A stretch of 63,375 nucleotides of DNA, the filler included, from Caldilineae bacterium (GTDB lineage: Bacteria > Chloroflexota > Anaerolineae > DTLA01), in the NCBI GenBank assembly GCA_037446815.1. It is 18 parts of 18 records of this genome, joined end to end, with 100 filler letters (N's around TTAATTAATTAA, not from the genome) between each part and the next. Parts side by side here need not be neighbours in the genome. Positions count along the whole stretch, not along the records: positions 53,900 to 57,014 come from JBBIHX010000240.1; positions 57,115 to 60,196 come from JBBIHX010000241.1; positions 60,297 to 63,375 come from JBBIHX010000242.1; 15 more parts are not named here. One strand, given 5' to 3'. The notes beneath the pieces are model-generated. The model was not told the DNA's origin and did no database searches. It was given only the letters and a program-made list of their open reading frames with translations. The translations under genes and the position numbers were made by a program. Below are positions 54,812 to 63,375 of this stretch, piece after piece (the first letter of the stretch is position 1; each line of letters begins with the position of its first letter).

Positions 54812-54843
54812 TCAGCGCCTCCACACACCGCGCGGGTCGGCGT

Positions 54844-55740
54844 CTATTCGGGCACCTTGACGGCCCAAAGGAGCACCCAGTCCTTCTCCTGCCGCTTCTC
54901 AACAAGCCGCAGCGAGTGGACGGCGAAGGAACGCAGCACGTCCTCGGCCTGGGTATCCAGAATGCCGGCGGCGATGAAGTAGCCGCCCGGCCGCAGGTGC
55001 CGCGCCAAATCGTGCGCCAGCATGTCCTGAATCACGTGGGCCAGGATGTTGACGACAATGAGGTCAAACTCCCCGGAGACCGCCTCCAACGAGCCGAGTT
55101 TGACCTCCACGCGGCTGCGCAGCCCGTTGGCGAGCACGTTCTCGGTCGCGGCCTTCACGGCGATAGGGTCGTTGTCAACGGCGGTAACGCGCTCGGCGCC
55201 GAGGAGCGCCGCTGCGATGGCCAGGATGCCCGACCCCGTCCCCATGTCCAGGGCGATGATGCCCGGGCGCACCGCGTCTTCCAGCGCCTGCACGCACAGC
55301 CGCGTGGACGGGTGCAGGCCGGTGCCGAAGGCCATCCCCGGATCCAGCGTGATGACGATGTCATCGGCCTGCGGCTCATAGGTGCGCCACGACGGGCGAA
55401 TCACAATGCGGCGGCCGATGCGCAGGACGTGGTAATGCTCCTGCCAGGCGCGCTCCCAGTCCTTGTCTTCAAGGCGAACAATCTGGAGGTCGGGCAAGGG
55501 ATGAATCTGTGAGAGGTGCCATAGCCCCTGCTGAATCCGCAGGAGCACTTCCACCTGCTCGTCGCTGGGGGCAAGATAGGCGCGAATGCGGGTAACGGGC
55601 GTGGGAAGAGGCTCGCCGCCGTCTTCGGTGCCCACCTGCTGCTCCACCACCGGGCTGCCCCGGCAGTAGCGGCTGAACAGTTCCACCACCGCCTCGGCGG
55701 AGTCCTCATCCACCTCCTGGGTCAGTTCAAGCCAACCCAC
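54844..55740 (-). CDS. prmA: Ribosomal protein L11 methyltransferase
   Basis: DPGMAFGTGLHPST and DMGTGSGIL motifs; dnaJ-prmA-rsmE order. Confidence 0.95.
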   Translation of the reverse strand: MGWLELTQEVDEDSAEAVVELFSRYCRGSPVVEQQVGTEDGGEPLPTPVTRIRAYLAPSDEQVEVLLRIQQGLWHLSQIHPLPDLQIVRLEDKDWERAWQEHYHVLRIGRRIVIRPSWRTYEPQADDIVITLDPGMAFGTGLHPSTRLCVQALEDAVRPGIIALDMGTGSGILAIAAALLGAERVTAVDNDPIAVKAATENVLANGLRSRVEVKLGSLEAVSGEFDLIVVNILAHVIQDMLAHDLARHLRPGGYFIAAGILDTQAEDVLRSFAVHSLRLVEKRQEKDWVLLWAVKVPE

Positions 55741-55749
55741 GCCGCCCTC

Positions 55750-56883
55750 CTACCCCGAGCCGAATGCATCCTCAAAGGCGTCGCGCACCTTCTCAAAGAA
55801 TCCCTTGCCGTTGCTCGGGGCTACTCGCTCGCGGCCGAGGGATTGCGCGAGTTTCTCAAACAGCGCGCGCTGCTCCGCGGTCAGGTCTGTGGGGATGGCA
55901 ACGTGGATGGTAACCAGTTGGTCGCCCCGGCCGTTGCGCCGCAGGTAGGGCACCCCTTTCCCGCGCAGGCGGTACACCTTGCCATTCTGGGTGCCCGGCG
56001 CGATGGTCAGCGTCTCGTCGCCATCCAGCGTTGGCACGCGAACCGTGTCGCCCAGGGTTGCCTGAGCCACATTGATGTACAGGTCCAGCAGGATGTCGTT
56101 CTCCCGCCGCTTGAAGATGGGATGCGGCTTGACGCTGATGACGACGTACAGGTTGCCCGGCGGCCCGCCGTACTGCCCCGGCTCGCCCTCGCCGGCCAGA
56201 CGAATCTGCGTCCCCTCGTCCACGCCCGCCGGGATGCGCACGTGAATCTTGCGCGCGACCCGCACCTGTTTCTGGCCGCGGCACTCGGCGCACGGCGTGT
56301 TGACAATCTCGCCCTCGCCGCCGCAGCGCGGGCAGGTTACCACGCTGACGAACGAGCCGAGAATGGACTGCTGCACGCGGCGCACCTCGCCGGAGCCGCC
56401 GCATTCGGGGCAACGGATGGGCGAGGTGCCGGGTTCGGCTCCGCTCCCCCCGCACCGCTTGCACGTCTCCAGGCGGGGCACTTCCAAGTCCTTCTCCGCG
56501 CCGAAGACGGCTTCTTCAAACGAGATGGTGAGGTCATAGCGCAAGTCCGCGCCGCGCCGAGGCGAACGGCGGCCTGCCGTGCCCCGCGTGAACCCCGAGA
56601 AGAAACTCTCAAACAGGTCAAACGGGTCGGTGAACCCGCCGAAATCGGCGAACCCGCCCTGGAACCCCGCGTGCCCGTAGCGGTCGTATGCCGCCCGCTT
56701 CTCGTCGTCGCTGAGCACCTCATAGGCCTCGTTGATTTCCTTGAAGCGGGCTTCGGCGTCGGGCGCCTTGTTCAGGTCGGGATGATATTCCCGGGCCAGT
56801 CGCCGGTACGCTTTCTTGATTTCTTCCTTTGTCGCGCTTCGGCCTACGCCGAGCACCTCATAGTAATCGCGCTTCTCAGCCAT
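55750..56883 (-). CDS. dnaJ: Chaperone DnaJ
   Basis: HPD J-domain, G/F region, four CxxCxGxG-type repeats. Confidence 0.97.
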   Translation of the reverse strand: MAEKRDYYEVLGVGRSATKEEIKKAYRRLAREYHPDLNKAPDAEARFKEINEAYEVLSDDEKRAAYDRYGHAGFQGGFADFGGFTDPFDLFESFFSGFTRGTAGRRSPRRGADLRYDLTISFEEAVFGAEKDLEVPRLETCKRCGGSGAEPGTSPIRCPECGGSGEVRRVQQSILGSFVSVVTCPRCGGEGEIVNTPCAECRGQKQVRVARKIHVRIPAGVDEGTQIRLAGEGEPGQYGGPPGNLYVVISVKPHPIFKRRENDILLDLYINVAQATLGDTVRVPTLDGDETLTIAPGTQNGKVYRLRGKGVPYLRRNGRGDQLVTIHVAIPTDLTAEQRALFEKLAQSLGRERVAPSNGKGFFEKVRDAFEDAFGSG

Positions 56884-56968
56884 TCCTCACGTCCGAAGGC
56901 ACGGAACGGATTGCAGTCGGCACAGTATACACCCACGGCGCGCATCCGGCCAAACGCCCCTGCCGCCG

Positions 56969-57014
56969 CAGTCGGTTTCATCTTGTGTTGGTGAAACGCA
57001 TGGACACTCTCCTC
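56969..57014. mobile_element. MITE end (type 1), truncated
   Basis: CAGTCGGTTTCATCTTGTGTTGGT, 15 bp from the dnaJ -35 box. Confidence 0.75.
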
Positions 57015-57113
57015 NNNNNNNNNNNNNNNNNNNNNNNNNNNNNNNNNNNNNNNNNNNNTTAATTAATTAANNNNNNNNNNNNNNNNNNNNNNNNNNNNNN
57101 NNNNNNNNNNNNN

Positions 57114-57240
57114 NGCCGCGAGGAATCTCGCAAACCGAGACCCTTCGCTCCGCTCAGGGTGACAGGCTGCCATTAGCCGCTAGCCATTAGCCGTTAGCCG
57201 CCAGCCCACCCCCGTGGGGCAAGTTGTCAACTTGCCCTAC
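57114..57240. repeat. Cruciform fragment, GCC(A/G)(T/C)TA heptamer array (57169-57206) and REP (57214-57240)
   Basis: Directly visible tandem 7-mers and palindrome. Confidence 0.7.
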
Positions 57241-57362
57241 ACCCACACCGCGGCGGCTTTAGCCCCACGCGGCCCACGCTGCCCGCGCCAGCGCTCGCCT
57301 GCGCTGCCGCCGCATGGTATAATGCGCGCGAACAATGGCCTGTACCGAAAGGGGGACACGTC

Positions 57363-58781
57363 ATGCCCAGGACAAAGATCGTTTGCACGTTGGGGCCCGC
57401 CACCGACTCGCCGGACGTGCTGCGGGCAATCCTGCAGGCGGGCGCGCGGGTGTTGCGCCTGAACTACTCGCACGGCACCCAGGCCCAGCAGGCCGCCCGC
57501 GCCGAGACCGCCCGCGCCATCGCGCGCGAACTCGGCATCCACATCGGCATACTGGCAGACCTCCAGGGGCCGAAGATGCGCATCGGCGACATCGCCGGCG
57601 GCAGCATCACCCTGCGCCAGGGTGCGACCGTCGTCCTCACAGCGAAGCCGACGCCCGGCGCCGAGGGCGAAATCCCCTTCGCCGAGCCGCAAGTCCTGGC
57701 CGACATCCGTCCGGGCGCGCGCATTCTGCTGGACGATGGCGCGCTGGAACTGCGGGCGGTGCGCGCCGAGGGGGACGAGGTGCAGGCCGAGGTGGTCGTG
57801 GGCGGGGAACTGTCCTCGCGCAAGGGCGTTACGCTTCCCGGTACAGAGGTGCGCATGGCGTCGCTGACGGCAAAGGATCGCGACGATGCCCGCGCAGCGG
57901 TGGCAGCGGGCGTGGACTTCATCGCCCTGTCGTTCGTGCGTTCGGCGGCGGATGTGCAAGCCCTGCGCGCGCTCCTGCGCTCCCTGGACGCCGAGGACAT
58001 GCCCATCGTCGCCAAGATTGAGAAGCGCGAGGCGCTCGCCCAATTTCCGGCCATCCTGGACGCCGCCGACGCCATCATGGTGGCGCGGGGCGACCTGGGC
58101 GTGGAGATTCCGCCCGAGGATGTGCCCATCCATCAGAAGGCTATCGTGCGGCAGTGCAATGCGGCAGGGAAGCCGGTCATCATCGCCACACAGATGCTCC
58201 AGTCCATGATAGAGAACCCGCGCCCAACCCGCGCCGAGGCCAGCGACGTGGCCAACGCGATCCTGGACGGCGCCGACGCGGTCATGCTGTCGGGCGAGAC
58301 GGCGGTCGGGCGCTATCCGGTGGAGGCGGTGGCGATGATGGGCAAGATCGCGCGGGCCACCGAGGCCCACTTCCCCTACGGCGCGCGCCTGCGGGACGCT
58401 GCCGACGTCCGCGCTGCCACCATCACCGACGCCATCAGCCAGGCCACGTGCGAGATCGCCCAGGAGTTGGGCGCCCAGGCCATCATCGCCTCCACGCGCT
58501 CCGGCCACACGGCGCGCATGGTGTCCAAGTACCGACCGCAGACGCCCATCCTAGCGCCTACGCCCGACCCCAAAGTGGCCGCGCGCCTGGCGTTGGCATG
58601 GGGGGTGGAGCCGCTCCTCGTGCCGCAGTTTGACACCACCGACGAGATGATCGCCCGGGCGGTGGACGCGGCGAAAGGGCGCGGGTTGGTGCGCGCGGGC
58701 GACTTGGTGGTCATCACCGCAGGCGTGCCCATCGGCGGCACGGGGCGCACCAACATGCTCAAGGTGCACGTGGTGGAGTAG
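57363..58781 (+). CDS. pyk: Pyruvate kinase
   Basis: TKIVCTLGP, DLQGPK, AKIE, MVARGDLG and MLSGET motifs. Confidence 0.96.
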   Translation: MPRTKIVCTLGPATDSPDVLRAILQAGARVLRLNYSHGTQAQQAARAETARAIARELGIHIGILADLQGPKMRIGDIAGGSITLRQGATVVLTAKPTPGAEGEIPFAEPQVLADIRPGARILLDDGALELRAVRAEGDEVQAEVVVGGELSSRKGVTLPGTEVRMASLTAKDRDDARAAVAAGVDFIALSFVRSAADVQALRALLRSLDAEDMPIVAKIEKREALAQFPAILDAADAIMVARGDLGVEIPPEDVPIHQKAIVRQCNAAGKPVIIATQMLQSMIENPRPTRAEASDVANAILDGADAVMLSGETAVGRYPVEAVAMMGKIARATEAHFPYGARLRDAADVRAATITDAISQATCEIAQELGAQAIIASTRSGHTARMVSKYRPQTPILAPTPDPKVAARLALAWGVEPLLVPQFDTTDEMIARAVDAAKGRGLVRAGDLVVITAGVPIGGTGRTNMLKVHVVE

Positions 58782-58928
58782 GGTGCTTCCTATCGGCGTC
58801 GGCGCTGCGCGCTGGCAACCGCAAACGTCGCCCCCATGGGCAGGCCAGGTTGCCATATCTGGCGCCAACCGTCTCCGTATCGGACAGCGGTGTAGACCGT
58901 GCAACGCCCTGGGACAAGGAGCGATGAA

Positions 58929-59348
58929 CTAGCGTACCAGCAGTACCGGGCACTTGGCGTGTGCGGCTACCTTCTGGCTTTGGCTTCCGACGAGCAGCCC
59001 TGCCAGCCTTCCCAGGCCACGGGTGCCCATAACGATGAGATCTACGCCATGCGCATCCGCAACCGCGAGAATCGCCTCGGCCGGTGGCCCCTCCAGCACC
59101 TCTGTCGTCAGCGCGCCGGAGATTTCGCCCACCACATCCCGCGCGCGCCCGAGGATTTCGTTCGCTTGCCGCACGCGTTCGGCGATGACTTCCTGGAGGG
59201 AGGCATCCCCAAGCCACCTGGGCACTTCCTCAAAAGACACCACGATCCACAGGTCGGCCCCCATGTGTCGGGCTAGGTCGCCCGCGACTCTGGCCGCTTT
59301 GTAACCGTGCTCAGATCCGTCTACTCCCACAAGAATCCGCCTGAACAT
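58929..59348 (-). CDS. Universal stress protein
   Basis: ILVGVDGS, DLIVMGTRG and LVGS..CPVL motifs. Confidence 0.92.
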   Translation of the reverse strand: MFRRILVGVDGSEHGYKAARVAGDLARHMGADLWIVVSFEEVPRWLGDASLQEVIAERVRQANEILGRARDVVGEISGALTTEVLEGPPAEAILAVADAHGVDLIVMGTRGLGRLAGLLVGSQSQKVAAHAKCPVLLVR

Positions 59349-59554
59349 GACACACCTCCCTGCCGCCTCCGCGTCCCATTTCCGACAACTGACGCCCTCA
59401 CTCCGGCGCGTACAGTGAAGGACTACGTGGCGCGCCTGCACTGCACGGTGGGGGTGCCGCGCAGCTGTCCGTGCGCGTTTGCAGTCGCGGTTTCGTTCCA
59501 CCCTCTTGGTGGAAGCCCCATCCGCTCCCCTCGCCTCTGTTCAGTGCACCACCT

Positions 59555-60103
59555 CTAGCCAGCGTGCAGTTTGGCGCGGTCGCCCAGCGCACGCCGCACC
59601 ATGTCGCGGAAGCGCGCCATCTGCTCCTGGGACGCAAAGCACGTTTTGGGCAGAAACACGCCCCCCTGCCGCGGCAGGAGCAGCAGGAACTCGTGGGGCG
59701 TCTCCAGCACTTTGGCGAAGGTATCCCAGCGACCCGAGTGCTCGTTGCGCCCGTGATCCGAATCCACCCGCTGCACGAACCCGTCGTCGGAGAAGGTGTA
59801 GAAGATGCGCTCGTTGTTGGCGCGCTGACGGGCGATGATGCGCGCCCCCTGCCGCCGCAGGGAGAACCACAGCACAACCGGAACGAGGATGAATAGCAGG
59901 ATGGGAGCCTGGGCGAACAGCGCCTGGCCAAAGCCCATGTTGGCGGCATCGCGGATGGCCACGTACATGGCGTAGACGATGGCGGCTGCGGTTAGGGTGA
60001 GGATGGCGACGAAGGTGGGCTGGGTGAACAACAGGCGCGTGGTCGCGCGGATGTAGTCGGACAGGTCAAAGCGGAGTTCTACCTCTACGCTTTCGGCTGG
60101 CAT
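59555..60103 (-). CDS. YcxB-like membrane protein
   Basis: Two TMs then a W...VLET...LPK..F C-terminal domain. Confidence 0.7.
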   Translation of the reverse strand: MPAESVEVELRFDLSDYIRATTRLLFTQPTFVAILTLTAAAIVYAMYVAIRDAANMGFGQALFAQAPILLFILVPVVLWFSLRRQGARIIARQRANNERIFYTFSDDGFVQRVDSDHGRNEHSGRWDTFAKVLETPHEFLLLLPRQGGVFLPKTCFASQEQMARFRDMVRRALGDRAKLHAG

Positions 60104-60296
60104 CGGGCCTCCTCGTGTGCGATGTCCCGCGCAGGGCGAATCCCCGGCGGGGCATGGGTATTGTACCAGCGGCTGCGGCGGGCGTCAATTCGCCGTNNNN
60201 NNNNNNNNNNNNNNNNNNNNNNNNNNNNNNNNNNNNNNNNTTAATTAATTAANNNNNNNNNNNNNNNNNNNNNNNNNNNNNNNNNNNNNNNNNNNN

Positions 60297-62243
60297 GCGC
60301 CGATGGCCTACATCCTATGGGATCGCTTCCTGAAACACAACCCCCGCAATCCCCTGTGGCCCGACCGAGACCGTTTTGTCCTGTCCGCGGGACACGCGTC
60401 CATGCTCCTCTACTCGCTGCTCCATCTGACCGGCTACGACCTGTCGCTGGAGGACATCCTCAACTTCCGCCAGTGGGGCACCAAGACGCCCGGCCACCCG
60501 GAATTCGGCCACACCCCGGGCGTGGAGGCGACGACAGGCCCCCTCGGCCAGGGGATTAGCCACGCGGTGGGAATGGCCATCGCCGAAGCGCACTTGGCCG
60601 CGCGTTTCAATCGGCCCGGCTACCCCATCGTGGACCACCACACCTACGTCCTGGCCAGCGACGGCGACCTCATGGAGGGCGTAGCGTCAGAAGCCTGCTC
60701 CCTGGCGGGGCATCTGCGGCTCGGAAAACTCATCGTCCTGTACGATGCCAACCGCATCTCCCTAGCCGGTTCCACCGACCTCGCGTTCACCGAAGACGTT
60801 GCCAAACGCTTCCGCGCCTACGGCTGGCACGTCCAGCGTGTGGATGACGGCAACGACCTGGCGGCGATAGAGCACGCCCTCCGCAGGGCCAGAGCGCACC
60901 GCGCTCGCCCGTCTCTCATCATCGTGCGGACCATCCTGGGATATGGCGCACCCCGTAAGCAGAACACCTTTGAAGCCCATGGCGCGCCCCTCGGCGCCGA
61001 CGAACTCCGCGCGGCCAAAGAAGCCCTCGGCTGGCCCCTGGAGCCTTTCCACATCCCGCCCGACGCCCTGGCGCGCCTGCGTTCCGCCGTGCTCCGCGGA
61101 CACGAAGCCGAAACCCGTTGGCAGGCCTTGTTCGCGCGATACGCGAGACGGTACCCGGACCAGGCCGCCGAATTCACCCGTCGCATGGCAGGCGAGTTGC
61201 CCCGGGGCTGGGAGGCGGACCTGCCCGTCTTCCCGCCCGACGCCAAGGGCCTGCCGACCCGTAAGGCATCGGAAACCGTGCTCCAGCATCTGGCCACCGC
61301 CATTCCCGAACTCGTGGGGGGCTCCGCGGACCTGAACCCGTCCACTTTCACATGGCTCAAGGGCCACGGCGATTTGCAGAGTCCATCGCACAACCCCGAA
61401 GACCGACAGGGAGCGGTTGGGGGACCCTGGGGATACGACGGGCGAAACATCCACTTCGGCGTCCGCGAGCATGCCATGGGAGCCATCGCCAACGGCATGG
61501 CCCTCCACGGCGGCATCATCCCCTACACCGCCACCTTCGCCGTATTCGCCGACTACATGCGCCCGCCCATGCGCCTCGCGGCCCTGATGGGCATCCGCGT
61601 CACCTACGTCTTCACGCACGACAGCATCGCCGTCGGCGAGGATGGGCCAACCCACCAGCCCGTGGAGCAGATCGCCAACCTGCGGGCCGTGCCAAATCTC
61701 ACGGTCATCCGCCCGGCCGACGCGGCCGAAACCGTGGAGGCCTGGCGCATGGCGCTCCTCAACACCCGCGGCCCAACCGCCCTGTTCCTCACGCGGCAGA
61801 ATGTACCGACCCTGGATCGCTCGCAGGTGGCACCTGCCGAGGGCCTTCGGCGGGGAGCCTATACCCTCTGGCAGTCACGAGACGGAATCCCCGAGGCCAT
61901 CCTCATCGGGACGGGATCGGAGACCCATCTGGCCCTCGCCGCCGCACAGCAACTGGCCGACGCGGGAATCCATGTCCGAGTTGTGTCCATGCCCTCATGG
62001 GAGTTGTTTGAGCAACAGCCTCAAGCGTACAAGGACGACGTCTTGCCGCCCGCCGTGCGCGCGCGGGTCGCCGTGGAAGCAGGCGTGCCCTTGGGCTGGG
62101 AACGGTATGTCGGCGACCGTGGCGCGGTCATCGGCCTGGAGCGATTCGGAGCCAGCGCGCCCGGGCCAATCGTGTACGCCAACCTCGGGTTCACGCCCGA
62201 GAACGTGGCGGAGCAGGTGCGCCAAGTGCTTGCGCGGGTTTGA
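60297..62243 (+). CDS. tkt: Transketolase (5' truncated)
   Basis: [30 protein letters not shown] and EDGPTHQP motifs. Confidence 0.95.
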   Translation, partial: APMAYILWDRFLKHNPRNPLWPDRDRFVLSAGHASMLLYSLLHLTGYDLSLEDILNFRQWGTKTPGHPEFGHTPGVEATTGPLGQGISHAVGMAIAEAHLAARFNRPGYPIVDHHTYVLASDGDLMEGVASEACSLAGHLRLGKLIVLYDANRISLAGSTDLAFTEDVAKRFRAYGWHVQRVDDGNDLAAIEHALRRARAHRARPSLIIVRTILGYGAPRKQNTFEAHGAPLGADELRAAKEALGWPLEPFHIPPDALARLRSAVLRGHEAETRWQALFARYARRYPDQAAEFTRRMAGELPRGWEADLPVFPPDAKGLPTRKASETVLQHLATAIPELVGGSADLNPSTFTWLKGHGDLQSPSHNPEDRQGAVGGPWGYDGRNIHFGVREHAMGAIANGMALHGGIIPYTATFAVFADYMRPPMRLAALMGIRVTYVFTHDSIAVGEDGPTHQPVEQIANLRAVPNLTVIRPADAAETVEAWRMALLNTRGPTALFLTRQNVPTLDRSQVAPAEGLRRGAYTLWQSRDGIPEAILIGTGSETHLALAAAQQLADAGIHVRVVSMPSWELFEQQPQAYKDDVLPPAVRARVAVEAGVPLGWERYVGDRGAVIGLERFGASAPGPIVYANLGFTPENVAEQVRQVLARV

Positions 62244-62339
62244 GTTTTCACGTAAGCAAGAACACACCGCGAGAGGCCCAGACTTTGGAATGTTCTCAGC
62301 GTTCTCCCTGTCTCTGCGCTGAGAAAAGCAGCCGCAAGA

Positions 62340-63251
62340 TCAGCGTGCGGCCAGTATCGCCGCGCACAGAATCACCGCGCCGCCCACGGCCTGCCACAGG
62401 CCAATCGTCTGCCCCAGGAACAGCGTGGACATCGCGATGACGCTGATGGGCTCCACCAGCAGCAGCACGCTGGCCGTGGCCGCCTCGGTGCGGTGCAGGC
62501 CCGCGTACATTAGGCTGTAGGGAATCGCCGTGCCGAAGATGGCAATGCCGAGGAAATCGCCCACGGTGCGCGGCGTAACGGCCCGCGGCAGCCCCAAGAA
62601 GACCTCCCCTCCCCAGCCGGCTAGCCCCATGACCGCCCCCGCCAGGCTCAGCCAGCCCAACCCGAGCACGAACGACCACATGGTGAGCGCCAGCGGGCGG
62701 ATTCCCTCCCGCACGCTCCCGCGCCGCCCCAGCACCACCACGCCCGCGTACACCAGGCTATTGGACAACGCGAAGAAGTCTCCCAGACGGATCTCGCCTA
62801 GACTTCGGATTGCCCAGAATTCCACCATGATCGCGGCGCCGGCGACGCCGATTACGATGCCGAGACCCCTGCGCCACGTCAGCCGCTCGCCGAGCACGCG
62901 CGAACCCAGCAAAGCCACAAACACGGGATAGAGGTACACGAGCAGAATCGCCTTGGCCGGTGGCGTGCCCAGCGATATGGACAGCACGTAGGTGGTGAAC
63001 GCCGACACCATGAGAAACCCATTCACGGCCACAAGCGCCCACTGGCGAGGTGTCCTCAGCCCCGCATTCCCAGGCGACACCCGCAGCAGAATGAAGGCGA
63101 AAACCGCAATGGACACCACCAGGCGCACCACGACCTGCACCAGCACGCCCACCCCGGCCTCGGTGAGCCATGTGATGAACAGCGGAAGTGCGCCGAACGA
63201 TACGCCGGACAGAACCGTGAGAAACGTCCCTGACCATTCGCGTCGTGCCAT
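62340..63251 (-). CDS. EamA/DMT family transporter
   Basis: Ten TMs in two EamA repeats. Confidence 0.85.
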   Translation of the reverse strand: MARREWSGTFLTVLSGVSFGALPLFITWLTEAGVGVLVQVVVRLVVSIAVFAFILLRVSPGNAGLRTPRQWALVAVNGFLMVSAFTTYVLSISLGTPPAKAILLVYLYPVFVALLGSRVLGERLTWRRGLGIVIGVAGAAIMVEFWAIRSLGEIRLGDFFALSNSLVYAGVVVLGRRGSVREGIRPLALTMWSFVLGLGWLSLAGAVMGLAGWGGEVFLGLPRAVTPRTVGDFLGIAIFGTAIPYSLMYAGLHRTEAATASVLLLVEPISVIAMSTLFLGQTIGLWQAVGGAVILCAAILAAR

Positions 63252-63341
63252 GGAGTGCTCCTGTGCATCCCAAGTGAAGCAAGGGGGCAACGGCGAGATT
63301 GTAATCGCACAGGCCTCTTGGCACAAATACCCGCGCGCCGC

Positions 63342-63375
63342 CATTCGGCTCCAAACCGAGCGCTGCAACCGTCAT
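63342..63375. mobile_element. Degenerate MITE end at window edge
   Basis: CATTCGGCTCCAAA, 15 bp from TTGTGC-17-TACAAT (minus strand). Confidence 0.5.

Overview
The window is not one locus. It is 18 short contigs (about 3.8 kb down to about 3.1 kb, in decreasing length order) joined by artificial N..TTAATTAATTAA..N linkers, so there is no synteny across the gaps. The DNA is GC-rich and bacterial. Gene content (Pro/Thr-rich lipoproteins, AOR, Tup, SWIM mini-protein) suggests an anaerobic Chloroflexota (Anaerolineae-like) genome bin; this is an inference. Most genes are housekeeping or metabolic: gyrB, argF, rplY, thrBC, dnaJ-prmA-rsmE, pyk, tkt, acpS, two ugd, AOR, tupABC, rqcH, plus tRNA-Lys(TTT). 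The most striking signal is non-coding: a ~150-bp non-autonomous element with imperfect terminal inverted repeats (GANTCGGTTCCA-N5-TGTTGG), 8-bp target duplications and an internal REP-like cruciform in two covarying versions. Its ends lie 15-17 bp (mostly exactly 15) upstream of the -35 box of sigma70/sigmaA-type promoters in 13 cases, i.e. a promoter-targeting MITE reminiscent of Mutator-type ISLre2/TnGBS targeting. Other highlights: two Moco-family riboswitches (one with P3, one without) in one tungstate-transporter operon; a probable ATC start codon; an unassigned terminator-containing leader; a degenerate PyrD beside a PyrK that keeps its Fe-S motif; tandem Ugd paralogs with a possible NAD/NADP switch; and strong avoidance of TCGA, AGCT and GTSAC.
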